A stretch of DNA of 64,000 nucleotides from the human T2T-CHM13v2.0 reference genome, Homo sapiens: assembly GCF_009914755.1 (NCBI RefSeq), contig NC_060936.1; one strand, given 5' to 3'. Shown piece by piece: positions 16,785 through 30,034 of the stretch. A model generated the notes under the pieces. It did no database searches, was not told where the DNA came from, and saw only the letters and a list, made by a program, of their open reading frames with translations. Each line of letters begins with the position of its first letter. The first letter of the stretch is position 1. Position numbers and translations under genes: made by a program.

Positions 16785-18010
16785 TATTCATTCATGAAAC
16801 AAATATTAACTAATACCTACTATGTGCATGGCAATGAGCTGGTTGTTGAGTAACTACTGGCCCTGAGTTCATTCATTTTGTTCAATATTGATTGAGCAGC
16901 TACAATGTGGCAGGCTCCTGTAGGTCCTAGAGATGTAAACAGATGAAATCTCTTCCCTCAAGCTTCATGGTCCTTAGATTTTAGTACAGGCAAACAGATA
17001 CTAAAACAAAAACCAAATAAATAAATAGTATGTTATATGGTGGTAAGTGCTATGAAGAAAAGTAAAGCAGGGAGAAGAAAGAGGAGTTGGAGGGATTTGA
17101 TTGGTATCTTATTTTAAGGAAGGTGACCAAAGAAGGTTTCACTAACAAGATGTCATCTAGGCAAAGACCCAAAGCAGGTGACGAAGTGAGCCATCCATGT
17201 ATCTGGGGACAGAATGTTCCAGGCAGAAGAAAGGGCAAGTGTAGAGGTTCTGAGGCAGGCATGCACTTGGCCTGTTTAAGGAACAGGAGGCCACCAGTGT
17301 GGCTGGAATGGAGAGCACAAAGTAGGGCAAGTGGAAGAAGAAGAGGTGAGTGAGGAGGTGAAGAAGGGTGTGGAGTATGAGAGGAAAAGAGGAGTGAAGG
17401 ATGACTCCAAGGTTCGTGGGCCAAGAAATTGGAAGAATGAAGTTCCATTTCCTGAGATAAAGAAAGACTGCAGGAAAAGCAGGTTGGAGGGTAGGGATTG
17501 AAAGCCAGTTTTGTGCAAGATAACTTGGTAATATCTTTTAAACATGCAATGGAGATGCTCAGTGACCATGGAGTGCAAGAGTCTGGTGTTGAGGGCAGAA
17601 ATTCAGGAAAGAGATACAAATTTGCAAATTTGTCAGTATAAAGATGCTATTTAAAGCCACAAGATTGGATGAGGTCACTTGAAGGCAGCATAGCTATAGG
17701 AGTACCCTGAACTCTGGGGCACTTTAAACAGTTGGGCTGATGAGGTAAAAATGAGGGACGGTAATTGGAAAGTTGAAGTAGGAGGAAAACCAGGAAAGTT
17801 TAGAATTCTGGAAACTGTGCAAAGAAGGTTTTTCATGGAAAAGGGATTGATCACTTGTTTCAAATGTTGCAAATAAACACGATGAGAACTGGGAACTGGA
17901 TTTGGCAGTGTGAAATTGGTGGCCGAGTGGTGTGGATGACAGCGTGAATGGAGTGGGCTTAAGAGAATAGGGAGGGGTGGCAATGCAGAGAGTCAATCTA
18001 GGCTTTCAAG
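16785..18010 (-). mobile_element. L2 (L2a-like), about 1.2 kb, with two 3'-end pieces
   Basis: attcattcat...tacctactatgtgc termini; gaatgttccaggcagaag, ggaggccaccagtgtggctggaatggag and atttaaagccacaagattggatgaggtcac are classic antisense L2 motifs. Confidence 0.85.
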
Positions 18011-18236
18011 CTATTATCAAATGGTTCTGAATCACATACAATTCATGGAGACAGGCCCATTATGAACATTTATCAGTCATCATTTGGTCTGAAGATAACA
18101 CTGTGAATCACACAAATCTAATGATATATCCAGCTACTATTTAGTAGTGTACCAAATATGGTTTACATGCACAATGCTGTGAGAAACAGAACTAGAACAA
18201 AATGACAGAAGGTTGTGAAATGAGTGGGAGCAATAA

Positions 18237-19250
18237 TGTGGAGAAGCATTTACTTAAGTCTTTTTTAACAGAAAAATTTTCTTTTCTTTTTTCCATTCCT
18301 TCTCTTTCTATTAGACCTTGATCTCCACTCCCCACAGGGAAGGTAAACCAGAGCACAGATGCAAAGAGAAATCACAGATAGCCATTCCTACGTTTTAACA
18401 GACCAATGTCTTGGCATTAACAATTGGAGTCTAACAAGAACCCTCTGCTCCCCCAGTTCCCAAACAACCCCATTCTCAGAGGCCTGAGATAAACACTCTT
18501 TCTGGACTAGGAAGAGAGGACAGTTAGAAAAGCAAGGGAGATAAATTTTGGTGTGGACTTATACCCCCTCCCTCTTAGGCTGAGCCAGTGACCTGGAATT
18601 AAAGAAGAAGAGAGAGACAGAGCAATCCCTGGTTAGCTTTGAAGAAGTTGGAACAAGGGGAACTTCTCCTTCACAGCCTGTCAGGGCCATGAGAGATCTC
18701 ACCAAATCCCCTTTGATTAAGGAGGAACAATAAGGACCACTCATGGGATGGCCAGGCAGATGGATCTCAAACAGGGTGGCAGAGCCACTCTGCAAATGGG
18801 GCCCGGGGTGTGTCCGATGCTAGCTCCCTGGCTCTGAGAGTGTCGCAGGTGTGCCATCAGTCACGGGACCTGTGCACGTGCTGCAATCTGACAAGGGGAT
18901 TTCAACAGCAGGTGTGCTCAGGTGCCTCAGTGGATGGCAGCACAGAGGGGCAGCTGTGCCTGACCAAATGATGAAGACTTCCAGTGCTAGGCGTAAGCCC
19001 TTGTATCTTAGATTTCACACCAGGGAGTAAAGAAGCAACAGCAGAACCCCACGGTGGCTGAATTGGCCGTAAACCCACTAACAAAAATCTGAAGTTTTAG
19101 GCTGAATTCACGTAAAATGGACTATTTCAACTTTCATATCAGAACACAGAATAAAAATTAAGATAGAAATTAGTTCATTTTAAGAAAAAGTACAGTTACA
19201 GTTGCTTTCCATGCCTACGGTGGTTGATTGAGAAATTTGCACCAGACACA
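18237..19250 (+). mobile_element. Probable ancient Gypsy-type solo LTR (MamGypLTR-like)
   Basis: Begins TGTGG with a T-rich stretch, has a GC-richer middle, and ends ...attgagaaatttgcaccagacACA; about 1 kb; resembles remembered MamGypLTR1/2 ends. Confidence 0.45.
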
Positions 19251-19297
19251 TGAACCCATAATTGCATAGATAATGTGTTTACAAGCCCTTTGGGAGA

Positions 19298-19500
19298 AAT
19301 GTGTGGTACAGGGAAAAGCAAAACACTATGCTTGGAAAGATAAAACTAGATTTCTCCTAGCTCTGTTATTCTCTTTAGAATCTCAAGAAAAGTAGTAACG
19401 CTTTTTGAGTCTTAACACTTGATAAAATGAAATGCCTTACAAGACTGTTGTGATTATCAAATGCCATAATACACAAAAGTGATAAATAAACTTTAAATGT
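19298..19500 (+). mobile_element. MIR fragment
   Basis: gtgtggtacagggaaaagca...cctagctctg...aagactgttgtgattatcaaatg. Confidence 0.55.
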
Positions 19501-19624
19501 TTCAAAATAAAAAATGAAGGAACTGAAACCAAGTGCTACAATATGCCAGGCTCCTTATCTTATGGTAAACATGATATGTATTTTACATTTAATGTAATAA
19601 TTTATAGTAATACTGTATTATGTT

Positions 19625-19753
19625 ATTTTATATTATATTCCTGGCTGGTCTGGGATAGCCATATTTTACAGACATCATCCCAGCATAATTTTTAATAATG
19701 CCCTTTTCACTCTCAAAACTTCTGATTTGCATGATAAATTACATAGTCACTCT
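19625..19753 (-). mobile_element. MER81 hAT-Blackjack MITE
   Basis: cccagcataattttaataatgcccttttcactctcaaaa...gataaattacatagtcactcta matches reverse MER81. Confidence 0.7.
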
Positions 19754-19769
19754 ATACATTCTTTCCATA

Positions 19770-19945
19770 CAATGTCCTTGCAAAATAAGGTCGGTATTTT
19801 ATTCCCTTTTCACAGATGAGGAAACTGAGGTTTACATGGCTTGAGTAGCTAACCTATGCTCTCACAGCTAGTCATGCTGCCCTATTGGAAATCAAATCTG
19901 GGACTGTCAATTTGAAAGGTCAGGCTATTCAATTTACTGTACTAT
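19770..19945 (-). mobile_element. MIR
   Basis: cacagatgaggaaactgagg...tcacagctagt core. Confidence 0.8.
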
Positions 19946-22064
19946 AGTGTAAGGTGCAATATGACTCTTTGCATTTGCATTAGAACCAAAGCATGTAAAG
20001 TGAATCACTCTCTCCCAGGCACAGAGCATGGGACCCATCTAAACTGACAACTGTGAGTTAAGCGCAGAATGAAAGCTAGTCTTTGAATTCCTGAGCAGGC
20101 AGCTTCCCAAGTCCTGTTTACTTTCAGCGATTTGGCCTTTGCATTGGATTGGAGAGCAGTACAAACGCATGCAGATTAGCCTTAAGCACATCAACTTGGA
20201 AATATTACATTAACAATCCCTCTCTTTGGTTTCATTTTTATTTAGGTTTTATTCAAATATTCTTAAAAGGAAAGCCTACATCTCCTTCAAAAACGCCTTC
20301 TCTTTGACATTCTAAAGCTTTTGATTGTGTCCAGCTTCTAAATCTAATTCAGTGAAGCCAAAAAAAAAAAAAAAAATTTAAGGCTATGTTTATTTCAGTT
20401 AAGCCTGGAGTAAAGGTTCATGCCAGATCTCATTTTAACAAAATGAATTCACCAACCCCTAGTAAACATTGGATGAAACTGATAATTATACTGGTGACCA
20501 GAAAGACTCCTTGGCCTTGGTTTGCAGAATTATATGACCTTACATTAATATTAGAAATCTAAATGATTAAAATCCAGGTTTGCAAATGAACATCATTTCT
20601 GTTGTAAAATCTGCTTTCAGCAAAAAAACATTTTGTAACATTCTTTCACTAAAACAGTCTTTACAAGCCAAATGAGATGGGTATTTGGGGGAAAAATTTT
20701 TACTTAATTCAGTACAAAACAATCTGAATAAAGATAGAGAAAAACTGGAATCACTTTCTAACTGTAGTTCTACATAAGTATATTTATTTTTAAGAATACC
20801 GAGGGCAGCAAGGAAATTGAAACTTTGTTTTAAAATACATATACATAGAGAACATGTATCTGAAATTATGCCCACTAATCTAGAACACTTGTTTCAAAAC
20901 GTGACAACTTGTTTAGGAACATTCAACAACAAACACAATATTAACCCAGAATGTTCAATTAAGGATCAGAGCTGAGCAAACTAAAAGGTAGATTATAAGA
21001 AATTTATGTATTTAGATGTTGAACCAAAAAGAGAGAGACCATGGAGTTGTTTACTACTTGGGAAAATGTATGTTTATTTAAAATTCAAAGGAATCCTACC
21101 AGTTCTATACAATCAAAAATAAGTCTCAGGAATTGGACAGCACATCTGTGAGTCTTAATGGATAATATTAATCCATGTACATGAAACATGTAAAACATAT
21201 ATCAGATTCTCCCAGAATAACATGGAAGAGTGTCCAAATCTCGAATCTCCACTTACAGAGTGGTTAGACGCAAGAAAACACTGCAAATTTGAAATGATGT
21301 TCATTTGCAGACCTAGATTTTAATCATTTTGATATATAATATTTATGTAAGGTCATATTCTGCAAACCAAAGCCAGGGAGTCTTTCTGACCAGTGTAATT
21401 ATATCCTTATAGCCCAGGGAGTGAGTGGAATATATTCTTAGATAACGTGACCTGAGAGAAAAAAGCCAGAGAGAGAAAACATCCAAAATACAAGGCTGTA
21501 TGTAGGTGGATCCAAAACAAAACAAATTACAAGTGAACTATAAGTAATAAAGTCAGAAGACACCCAGAAGGCTAGGCAGACTGGCCATGATGGGGACTTC
21601 TGGGATTTTCAAAAGGAAGATTGGGAATGTTAATTGGAATAAAACAAGAAGGTGTGAATAAAGAAGGTGCGAATAAAGAAGGTAGAAATGCGGGGGGGAA
21701 ATGACCTAAAAAACAAACAGCAAATGAAGGACCATGCCAGTGCTGGTCAGCTACAGTGAGCCTCCTGTTTCTGAAAGAACACAGAGATGAGTGTTGCAAG
21801 AATCAAACTTAAGACACTGGGAAAACATTTCTATCCATGTAAGCATAGGAAACTTTAAGTGTATTAATTATTAAGGAATACAAGTTATGTGCAGTGACTT
21901 GTTAAATAAGCCGCTGATACCAAGCAAGTGCAGAGACATTAAGGAGTCATGAAGTGAATGAGAAGAAGTCACTTTTATTACAACTACTAATTCCCCAGGA
22001 ATTTGGAGATTTTTAAATACTCGTATATTCCAGCATCATTATTAACATGTCTATTTAGCACTGA

Positions 22065-22458
<394 letters not shown>

Positions 22459-22699
22459 TTAATGTTCAATATCTAATAGTGACTGAGAAAAACAGGGCTG
22501 TGTTTATTTGCTTATTTGTTCTTTCTGAAAAATCAAGACTTTTTCGTCTATTTTTTATCACTTCATCTCAGGCTTTCCTTATATAGACTGAATTCTGATA
22601 CTTAATTCTTAACATATTTTAAAATATTAATAGTAAAATGTATCTTTATATTTAAAGCCAAAAAAATGTATCCACATCTACTATGAACAAAGAAAACAC

Positions 22700-22900
22700 C
22701 AGTGCTAGGCACTGGTGGGAGGGGAGGTGGATGATACATGAAAGCACAAGACAGAATTAGTACTCAAGGGCTTTGCAGTTCTGATGGGGAGAAAGATGTT
22801 CATTAACAATACTAGTTCATGGCAGAATGTGACCTGTGTTGCATACTGGAGGGGAAAAGTGCTACTTCTATAGAAGAGGGTGGAGACTTTAATGAAAGGA
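22700..22900 (-). mobile_element. L2 fragment
   Basis: cagtgctaggcactgg...ctcaagggctttgcagttctgatgggga. Confidence 0.55.
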
Positions 22901-23429
22901 ATTCCACTTCCAGTAATTTCTCTCAAAAGATCTATTGGACAAATGCAGAAAGTTACATGCACATAGATGATTCTTAGGTTAATATTTAGCCTATTTGTAC
23001 TAAATAGCCAACAGCATGATTATGCCAACATGCCAATTCACATGGATACTGGATTTAGAAACGGTAGAAAATAAAATACTTTAAAGAAAAGTTGTTTCTG
23101 TTCATAAATGGTGTCTAGGACCAGCCTACAGATCTCCACCATCCTCGTTTCGTGACTATGATAGACATTACTAATCGATCATGTCATACTTTCCTTTGCG
23201 CTCTATGGCCTTAGAATCCTTCCTTCCTGAGAGTTACAACCCACTGAGATGAATGCATTTGCATATGCAGGGTATAGACAGTGGTTCTCCTACTATGCTA
23301 CTTTGGTCTGTGAACCCCCCTGAAGGCTACTGGGGGAAAGGACGGGGAGGGAGAGTAGGTACAAGGCCAAGACTGCTCACTTTTGGACCACAGCTATGAT
23401 ATTAGAAGGGAGCTTAGTAGTCACCTTTG

Positions 23430-23560
23430 GATGGGATCTGGTAAAGATGCAGTGATGATATCTCAGGAGTTTTTCATTTGGGAATATTTACACAGTGTAA
23501 ACTGTGTAATATGCATTTTTATATATTAAATATATTTTATACTTCAATACAAATTAAACA
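23430..23560 (+). mobile_element. L1ME-type 3' end fragment
   Basis: atatgcatttttatatatt...tatacttcaatacaaattaaa. Confidence 0.5.
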
Positions 23561-23599
23561 AACAAGCAAAATAATAGCTAACCTATCAGAGCCAAAACA

Positions 23600-23830
23600 A
23601 GATGGCGAGCTGAAACTTTATAGACCGTCAAATGTAGGCTCATATCTAGGCTCAACATTGTAACTTGCCGTGTGATTTGGGCAAGTCATTGGAGCTCTCT
23701 GTTTCATTTTCATTACCTGAAACAGGGATAAAGAATATCTAACTCATAGGATTGTTATGAGGAGTAAATGGCGTAATAAGGAACTTAGTATCATGTCTAA
23801 TATATCATCGTAATATGTTAACAATGATAA
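23600..23830 (+). mobile_element. MIR
   Basis: gtgtgatttgggcaagtcatt...ctcataggattgttatgaggagtaaatg. Confidence 0.75.
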
Positions 23831-24020
23831 CTAACATTTATGTTCCCAGATCTGTTCTAGGGACTTAGTTTTCTCCAAAAAACCTTGTGTGGCAGGGCCT
23901 TTATTTTACAAAGAAGGAGACTGAAGCAGAGACTTTAATTACTCATCCAAGATCTCTCAGCTATTAGGTGGAAAAGCCAGAATTGGAATTCAAACAGGCT
24001 GCATATTAATCGCTGCATTC
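23820..24020 (-). mobile_element. MIR (inverted relative to its neighbour)
   Basis: aactaacatttat...ttttacaaagaaggagactgaagcaga...caagatctctcagctattaggtgg. Confidence 0.7.
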
Positions 24021-24954
24021 TCTTGTGTAATGAGGACCTGTTAAACAGCAGTTATTACTATTACAAGAATAAATCCTGGCAGAGATGTGGGAGGTTATAG
24101 GGAAGAATTGAGTGTGGGCTGAACTGCTGTTCTCCAGGAGGCAAAGGGCAGCTCTAGGGTTAGGCTTTGAAATTCTGTGCTAAATAAATGGCTGCTATTA
24201 TTATTATGCAATCTCCATACCTAATTTGAGACAGAAAATGAAAGTACATAATACATGCAATATTGTTATTGTACTTTATAAATAGAGAAAACAGCTTGTG
24301 GAAACTTAATGCCATGCTCCCCTTTGGTCCACTACAGCCTGTTTCTAAAATCTACCCCAGGGGAGCATTCTACCTCCGTAGGCTACATCCAAAATCAGTC
24401 TTGGTTTTGTTGTGACTATGGGTGATTTTTTTCCTCTGTATTTTCTACGTTTTCTATAATGAACACACTTAATCTTAGAGTGGAAAACTGACTTTGAAAA
24501 TAAAACAAAGCAAAAACAAAAACCAATCTCGGTAAGTCAATAAGAACCACATGTCTTTTAAATGGAAAACATGCCTATTTCTCCTTTGTTTCTTAGAAGC
24601 AGCTTGCCAGATACACAGTCCACAGCTTTGAACCATTTACATAAACATACCCAAGCCAAGTGTTTCCACGCAACAGCCAAATTGCACCCATATTAGCAAT
24701 TTAATGACTTTGAAAGTAATAAGTGGTAGAAACTGATATTCACTTTGCTAGAATTCACCTTAGATATTCCTTACAAACCACAATCCAGTGGCATTTGTTG
24801 TAGATTGTAGATGTAGATATTCAAGAAACTTTGAAAGAAAACACTATTCATCTTGAGATGGGGGGAAAAATGCTAAGTGGTAACAAAAGGTAGAAATCTT
24901 TCAGGTGAAATGTAATGTCCAGGAACTGAATGGTAGTGGATCATAGTAAATCAT

Positions 24955-24970
24955 CCACCAGAGGGCACTG
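24955..24970 (+). promoter_or_regulatory. Candidate CTCF binding site
   Basis: CCACCAGAGGGCACTG matches the CTCF core consensus CCASYAGRKGGCRS in apparently unique sequence. Confidence 0.6.
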
Positions 24971-27035
24971 CCAGAATATACAAAGTTTTCTTGGAAAAGA
25001 TTGGACACCCCCTAACTCTAAGCAAAGAGAACTAATATGGTTAGGTTAACAGAATTCCACTTTTATTATGCTTCCTTTTCCTTTATAAATCAGGTCAGTC
25101 TTTTCCTCCTGATGAAGGAATTCATGAACTGCATGCTACCCTTACTGTTATGACTTCTAAAACTGCTGCAACCATTTGATTGGAAAAGTATTTTACAATA
25201 AATGCTGCGTTCCATGTGCTAAGTACTGAAGTTATTACCATGACAACAAGACCACCTTCTTGCCTACAGTTCGGAGATTAATAAAGGGCTCCTGAGATAA
25301 CCACAAGGCACATGAAATAACCCAGGAACTATAAATTGCCAAAGGTAAATGCTGTTTTGTTTTGCATTTAAAGTACCATTGCTGTTCAGTGAAGGGAATA
25401 TTGCCCACAGATGTTTTGGAAAGCCATCTGAGGAAGGCACAGAAGGTTGTACAAATAGAATAGGCAGAAAGGAAAGCAGAACACAGCATTAGCAAAGTCA
25501 TAGGAGTCAAAATTTCATTGCTAAGGAAAACTAGTGCTTTTCATTTCATATTTCTGGCTGTCCTACTGACTTGGAATGCTTCAAATGCACCAATTCACCT
25601 GCCTTAGATATGGACTGATACTTCAGTCCCATCTGCTGTAATAGGTGAGCTTTTCATATTTTCTGAAGCTATTATCCATAGTGTTTCCCCTCTAATTTCA
25701 AAAGCCTAGAGAGAAACAATATGGAAAAAACTCTTGTTTTGGACAGAGAAGGCTCTGAAGCAAGCCACCTCCTAGAGATGGAGAGCTTCATTTTGTCCTG
25801 CCTGAGCCAAGATAGGACACAGTAGGAGTTTGCTGCAAGAACACAGAACACATCAGGTTTTCATGTAGCAGTGCCCTAAGAAGGAAACTGGACAAGGATA
25901 ACTTGAATTGAGGAAACCAGTCCAGCTGGAGCACCACCCTGTGGTTTCGCATGGACTAGGAATAGAAATTTGCTCTGAAGAAATGTATTTTTAAAAGTTA
26001 ACCTTCACATGGTATTTGAAGTTTCATAGAACTTTTTTGGATTGGAACCAGATCTAGCATGCATGTTCTTAGGTATTAAAGCCTAATATTATTATATTAC
26101 TCTTTGAAAAAAATGAATTCTTTCATCATAGTAATTTTCTTAAAATATAACACTGCTTTTTACTTATATTAAATTCTCTACTGTTTCTGATGTTATGCTA
26201 CTTAGGAAAATGCCATTTTCTTGTTAAATTAATATGTGCAGACAAGTATTTACTTACCACACATGAACATGAGCCCCTTATAAGTCATCACTCCTAATAT
26301 TTATGGTCTAAGAATGAGGTAGTTCGGGTGAGTCACATATTTACACTTAGCAGAGAGATTAAGAAAAAAATTCGCACCACAATTTCCCTTAAGTAATGGA
26401 AAAAATGTGACTTGTTACACATTTGTTTTCTGGGTCAGTGTTTTTCCAGCTTTTCCATAGAGTCTTAAGGTCATCCAAGGTTTCTTTAGGTTTTCCTAAA
26501 AGAAAGAACTGGGGAGTTGTGATGGGTGCTTGATTTTAAATGTGATAACAATTATCTGCGACTTTTAGAGAACACAGCTAACCATTGTGAAGATTACTGT
26601 TCTGGATAGTGAAAAATATGAACCAGCAGTATAGGCTTTGAATGTTTGAAATTGATGATCTTAAATTTCTTAAATAACAGGGCCCTAGACATGCACTTTG
26701 CTCACAAAAGAGATCTTTTACCCCAGTCTTTAGACATTTGCTTAAAGTGGGAGAGTCTAGTATTTATAAATAAAAGGAAAGCAGTAAGATTCAGAAAAAT
26801 ACCATTGAGATTTATAAGGAACTAGAGAACCATAGTTCCTGGAAAATCCAGGAGTAATTGAATAGCTTTTATAATATAAAGAAAAAGAATATTCACGGTG
26901 CATTACTTTTGGCAGCCTATCATCTAAATATGGCACCCAGAATAAATGCATTGACTGAAGGGAAATTGTATGATTTGCATAAATTTTACCAATGGCTATA
27001 AATTATCCTCTCTGGTGATTTTTCAAGATAGATAG

Positions 27036-27472
27036 TGTTATGGGTTGAATTGTGTCCCCTCAAAGGACACTGAAGTCCTAATCTTAGTATCTGTGAATGT
27101 GACCTTATTTAAAAATAAGATCTTTGTTGATGATCAAGCTAAGATGATTTCATTGGAGTAAGCCCTAAGTGATTAAATATGACTATGTTCTTATGAAATG
27201 GGGAAATTTGGACACAGAGACAGACACACACAGAGAGATGATATGGAAACATAAGGAGAACACCATCTGCAAGCCAAGGACGGCCTGAGGTTACCAGAAG
27301 CTAGGACAGAGGCAGGGAACAGATTCTCCCTTACAGACTTTGGAAGGAACCAATCCTTCTGACGCCTTGATTTTGGAGTTCTAGCCTCCAGAAGCATGAG
27401 GCAGTAAATTTCTGTTGTTTAAGCCCCCCAGCTTGTGGTACTTTGTTGAGGCAGTGCTAGCAAACTAGTACA
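27036..27472 (+). mobile_element. MaLR solo LTR (MLT1B-like), full length
   Basis: tgttatgggttgaattgtgtccc ... aaatttctgttgtttaagcc...gcaaactagtaca; TG...CA termini. Confidence 0.9.
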
Positions 27473-29074
27473 GTTATATATTCTGAATCCTTGTCTTTTG
27501 GCTTGCCGTTTAGCCCCCGAGTCTCCCTGGCAATCAATAAAGCACAGAAGCTTTGTTCAGATTGCCAACCACCCGGTTCAGTTCTGGACAACCTCATACT
27601 GCCATCCACGTAAGGCAAGTTCCTTTTAAAGTTTGCCAGACCAAAGCAATTAAGAGGGCAAATCTGTTGGAAAAACTCACATATTGCATTATGAAGCCAA
27701 ATATAAATTCTACTTTGATTATTGTTCCTTATGAAGGAGAGCAGTGTCTCTAATAATCAGAAAAGAATCAGGGATTGATTGTATTTCATTTTCTTCGAGG
27801 AAAATTTGGCCAAATAGCTAAAGTAACCTGATTAATGAGAAATTTGCAGAATGGGAAAAACACTGCAATTATAGGCAGCAACCATGGACATCCGCTGATG
27901 GCCAAAGAACATAGCCAGTCTTCTGGTGCGTACATTATGTGGCAGCTCGTTGGTCTCCTGCCAAATAGGACAATCAATGTAGGTTGAAATTTGTCTCAAT
28001 CTCACTCGGCAATCATATTCATAAACACTGCCTCTGTGTCTTATTTAGGTGAGACAGCAACTTAAAGACTATTATGTAAACAGAATTTTCATACCTAGAA
28101 TTTTAAAAATGTATTAAAACTTTAAAAGGGTCTTTCCTAATATTTGATGGAGGAGCTTCAGAATAGTTAATTTAAATGAAATTGTAGTATTATATATTTT
28201 CATTTTTTAAAATGTTAAGTTGCTAAGTGTGAAGGCTTTAGACACTGACACCTCATATTGATTCTTGCTTTACAAAGAGACTTGGAAAAGAAACCAGTGT
28301 ATGTATAAAATGATTAATTGGGATAAGAAACTCAGCTAAGAGATATTCAGACTGGAAAAAACTAAATAAAGAATATAAAACAAGCAATTAAAAAAAGGAA
28401 AAAGCAGGCATGGTGTTGAAGTATATGAAGTAATCTAACACCACTGTGTTTTTTCATCTTCATTTTCCAGTGTCTATGCTGCATTGTAACTTTTGGAAAA
28501 ACATGCACACACCTGGTGCCACCTGGGTAGGTGTGACCAGAACCTGCCTGTTGGAAAATAAAGGATTAAAAAAATGAAATGAGAGAAAGTGACACATAAG
28601 AGGACAACTTAAGGTTTCCACAAAGCAAATACATAACCAAGCTGATCAACCCTCCAGCATAGTCCTTCTGAGCTGTGTTTCCACAGGAAAATGAGGGTAG
28701 AGGCAATCACAAAAGTCTTGGCTCTCATCCACCCCTGTGGCCTGCTGACACAGGCCCAGCTTGCCAGAGCACTGGGGTCACAATGAAGTTGCTGCCAGTA
28801 GAGCTGCTTTCATTAAAATTGAGTAAGAAGAACAGGTAATGGGGTTGGGCAGAAACTAGGACCTGAAAGTGGTTGGGATTGGGGGACTCCTGTCTTCTAA
28901 TTGGGAAGGCTGGGTAGGGCTTCTTGGTAGTACCTGACAATTATCTTGTTCTAGCATTTACAGCCTTTCTCTACTCCTGGAGTCACTGCAGGGCCCCCAG
29001 GGGACTCTGAAAACAGCCAGTTGTTAAGCAAGGGTATTCTCCACTAGGGCTACCATGAAGTTTATATTATAGAG

Positions 29075-29671
29075 CTGGATCTTTCACCCCTTTTGTGCTG
29101 TAAACCATTTGTGCACAGCCTTTGAACTATTTCTCATAATAATACTTTTTAAATATATATAAAATATATGTCATTACAAATAAAATCAACTATGATGAAA
29201 TATGGCACATGTATACATATGTAACTAACCTGCACAAAGTGCACATGTACCCTAAAACTTAAAGTATAATAAAAATATATATATATTTATAAATATTGAT
29301 ATACTGTTAGAAAAACATTTTTTAAAATAAATAGGTGATATAGTAATTACATTCTTTATTAATATGTTCAATATAATCTGGTCTTGAGCTTATTAATTAT
29401 GATTTCACATTAATGATGACGAAAAATAACATTTTGAGATATCAGCAACAACTGATACGAATGGAAATATCCATCATTTCTATTAGGGACAAAGTCACAG
29501 GTATTGCTAACACTGTGATTTGTTTCTACATTCATCATGGAAGGCAGTGCCAAATGTCATTTAAGGGTGCATGAAAATGTAGATGAAATGTTTTCCCATA
29601 CAAGTTCACAGACCCCCTGAAATCTACCTGTGGACCCTTTGCTGGATCTGGAGTTCAGGTTAAGAACCCTG
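29075..29671. mobile_element. MER119 hAT-Charlie DNA element, interrupted by an L1 tip
   Basis: tctattagggacaaagtcacaggtattgctaacactgtg...caagttcacagaccccctgaaatct...caggttaagaaccctg. Confidence 0.75.
29202..29275 (+). mobile_element. Young L1PA (L1PA2/pre-Ta-like) extreme 3' tip
   Basis: atggcacatgtatacatatgtaactaacctgcacaaagtgcacatgtaccctaaaacttaaagtataataaaaa. Confidence 0.92.
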
Positions 29672-30034
29672 CCATACAGGCTTACCCATCCTAATACGGA
29701 AGTTTACCACAAATACCACATCAGCTTTCATGCAATTGTATGATAATTACCAACTTTTAAAACAGTGTCACTTTAATCTCTATCTCTCTGATGATTCAGA
29801 AATCACTTCAAAATTTTCACAAGAAGTAACATTGTGAGTATCAAAAAATTTGCCCTGTAGACTTGGGGAATGCTTGTTAATGAAATTACTAGGTTCAGAA
29901 AATCTCTAATAGTTGTTAGTATTTTCTTTCTAAACAAGAATGTGCAACAAATGATGCAAGAGCAGAATGGTATTATCATTGCTTTGCGAGTCCTCAGGAG
30001 AAAGAAATAGAGTGATCAATATGATCAATAAAAC

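Noticed and set aside
17050-17619. Longest ORF (189 aa, minus strand)
   Set aside because: Lies entirely within a degenerate L2 element; low-complexity Ser/Leu/Pro content with no recognisable domain
21646-21683. 15-bp tandem unit x2.5 (similar micro-duplications at about 3295, 11641, 45954 and 49333)
   Set aside because: Ordinary slippage duplications with no spacers; not CRISPR-like or otherwise functional arrays
28505-28530. Reverse CTCF-like motif (CCCAGGTGGCAC)
   Set aside because: The first three core positions mismatch; much weaker than the site at 24955
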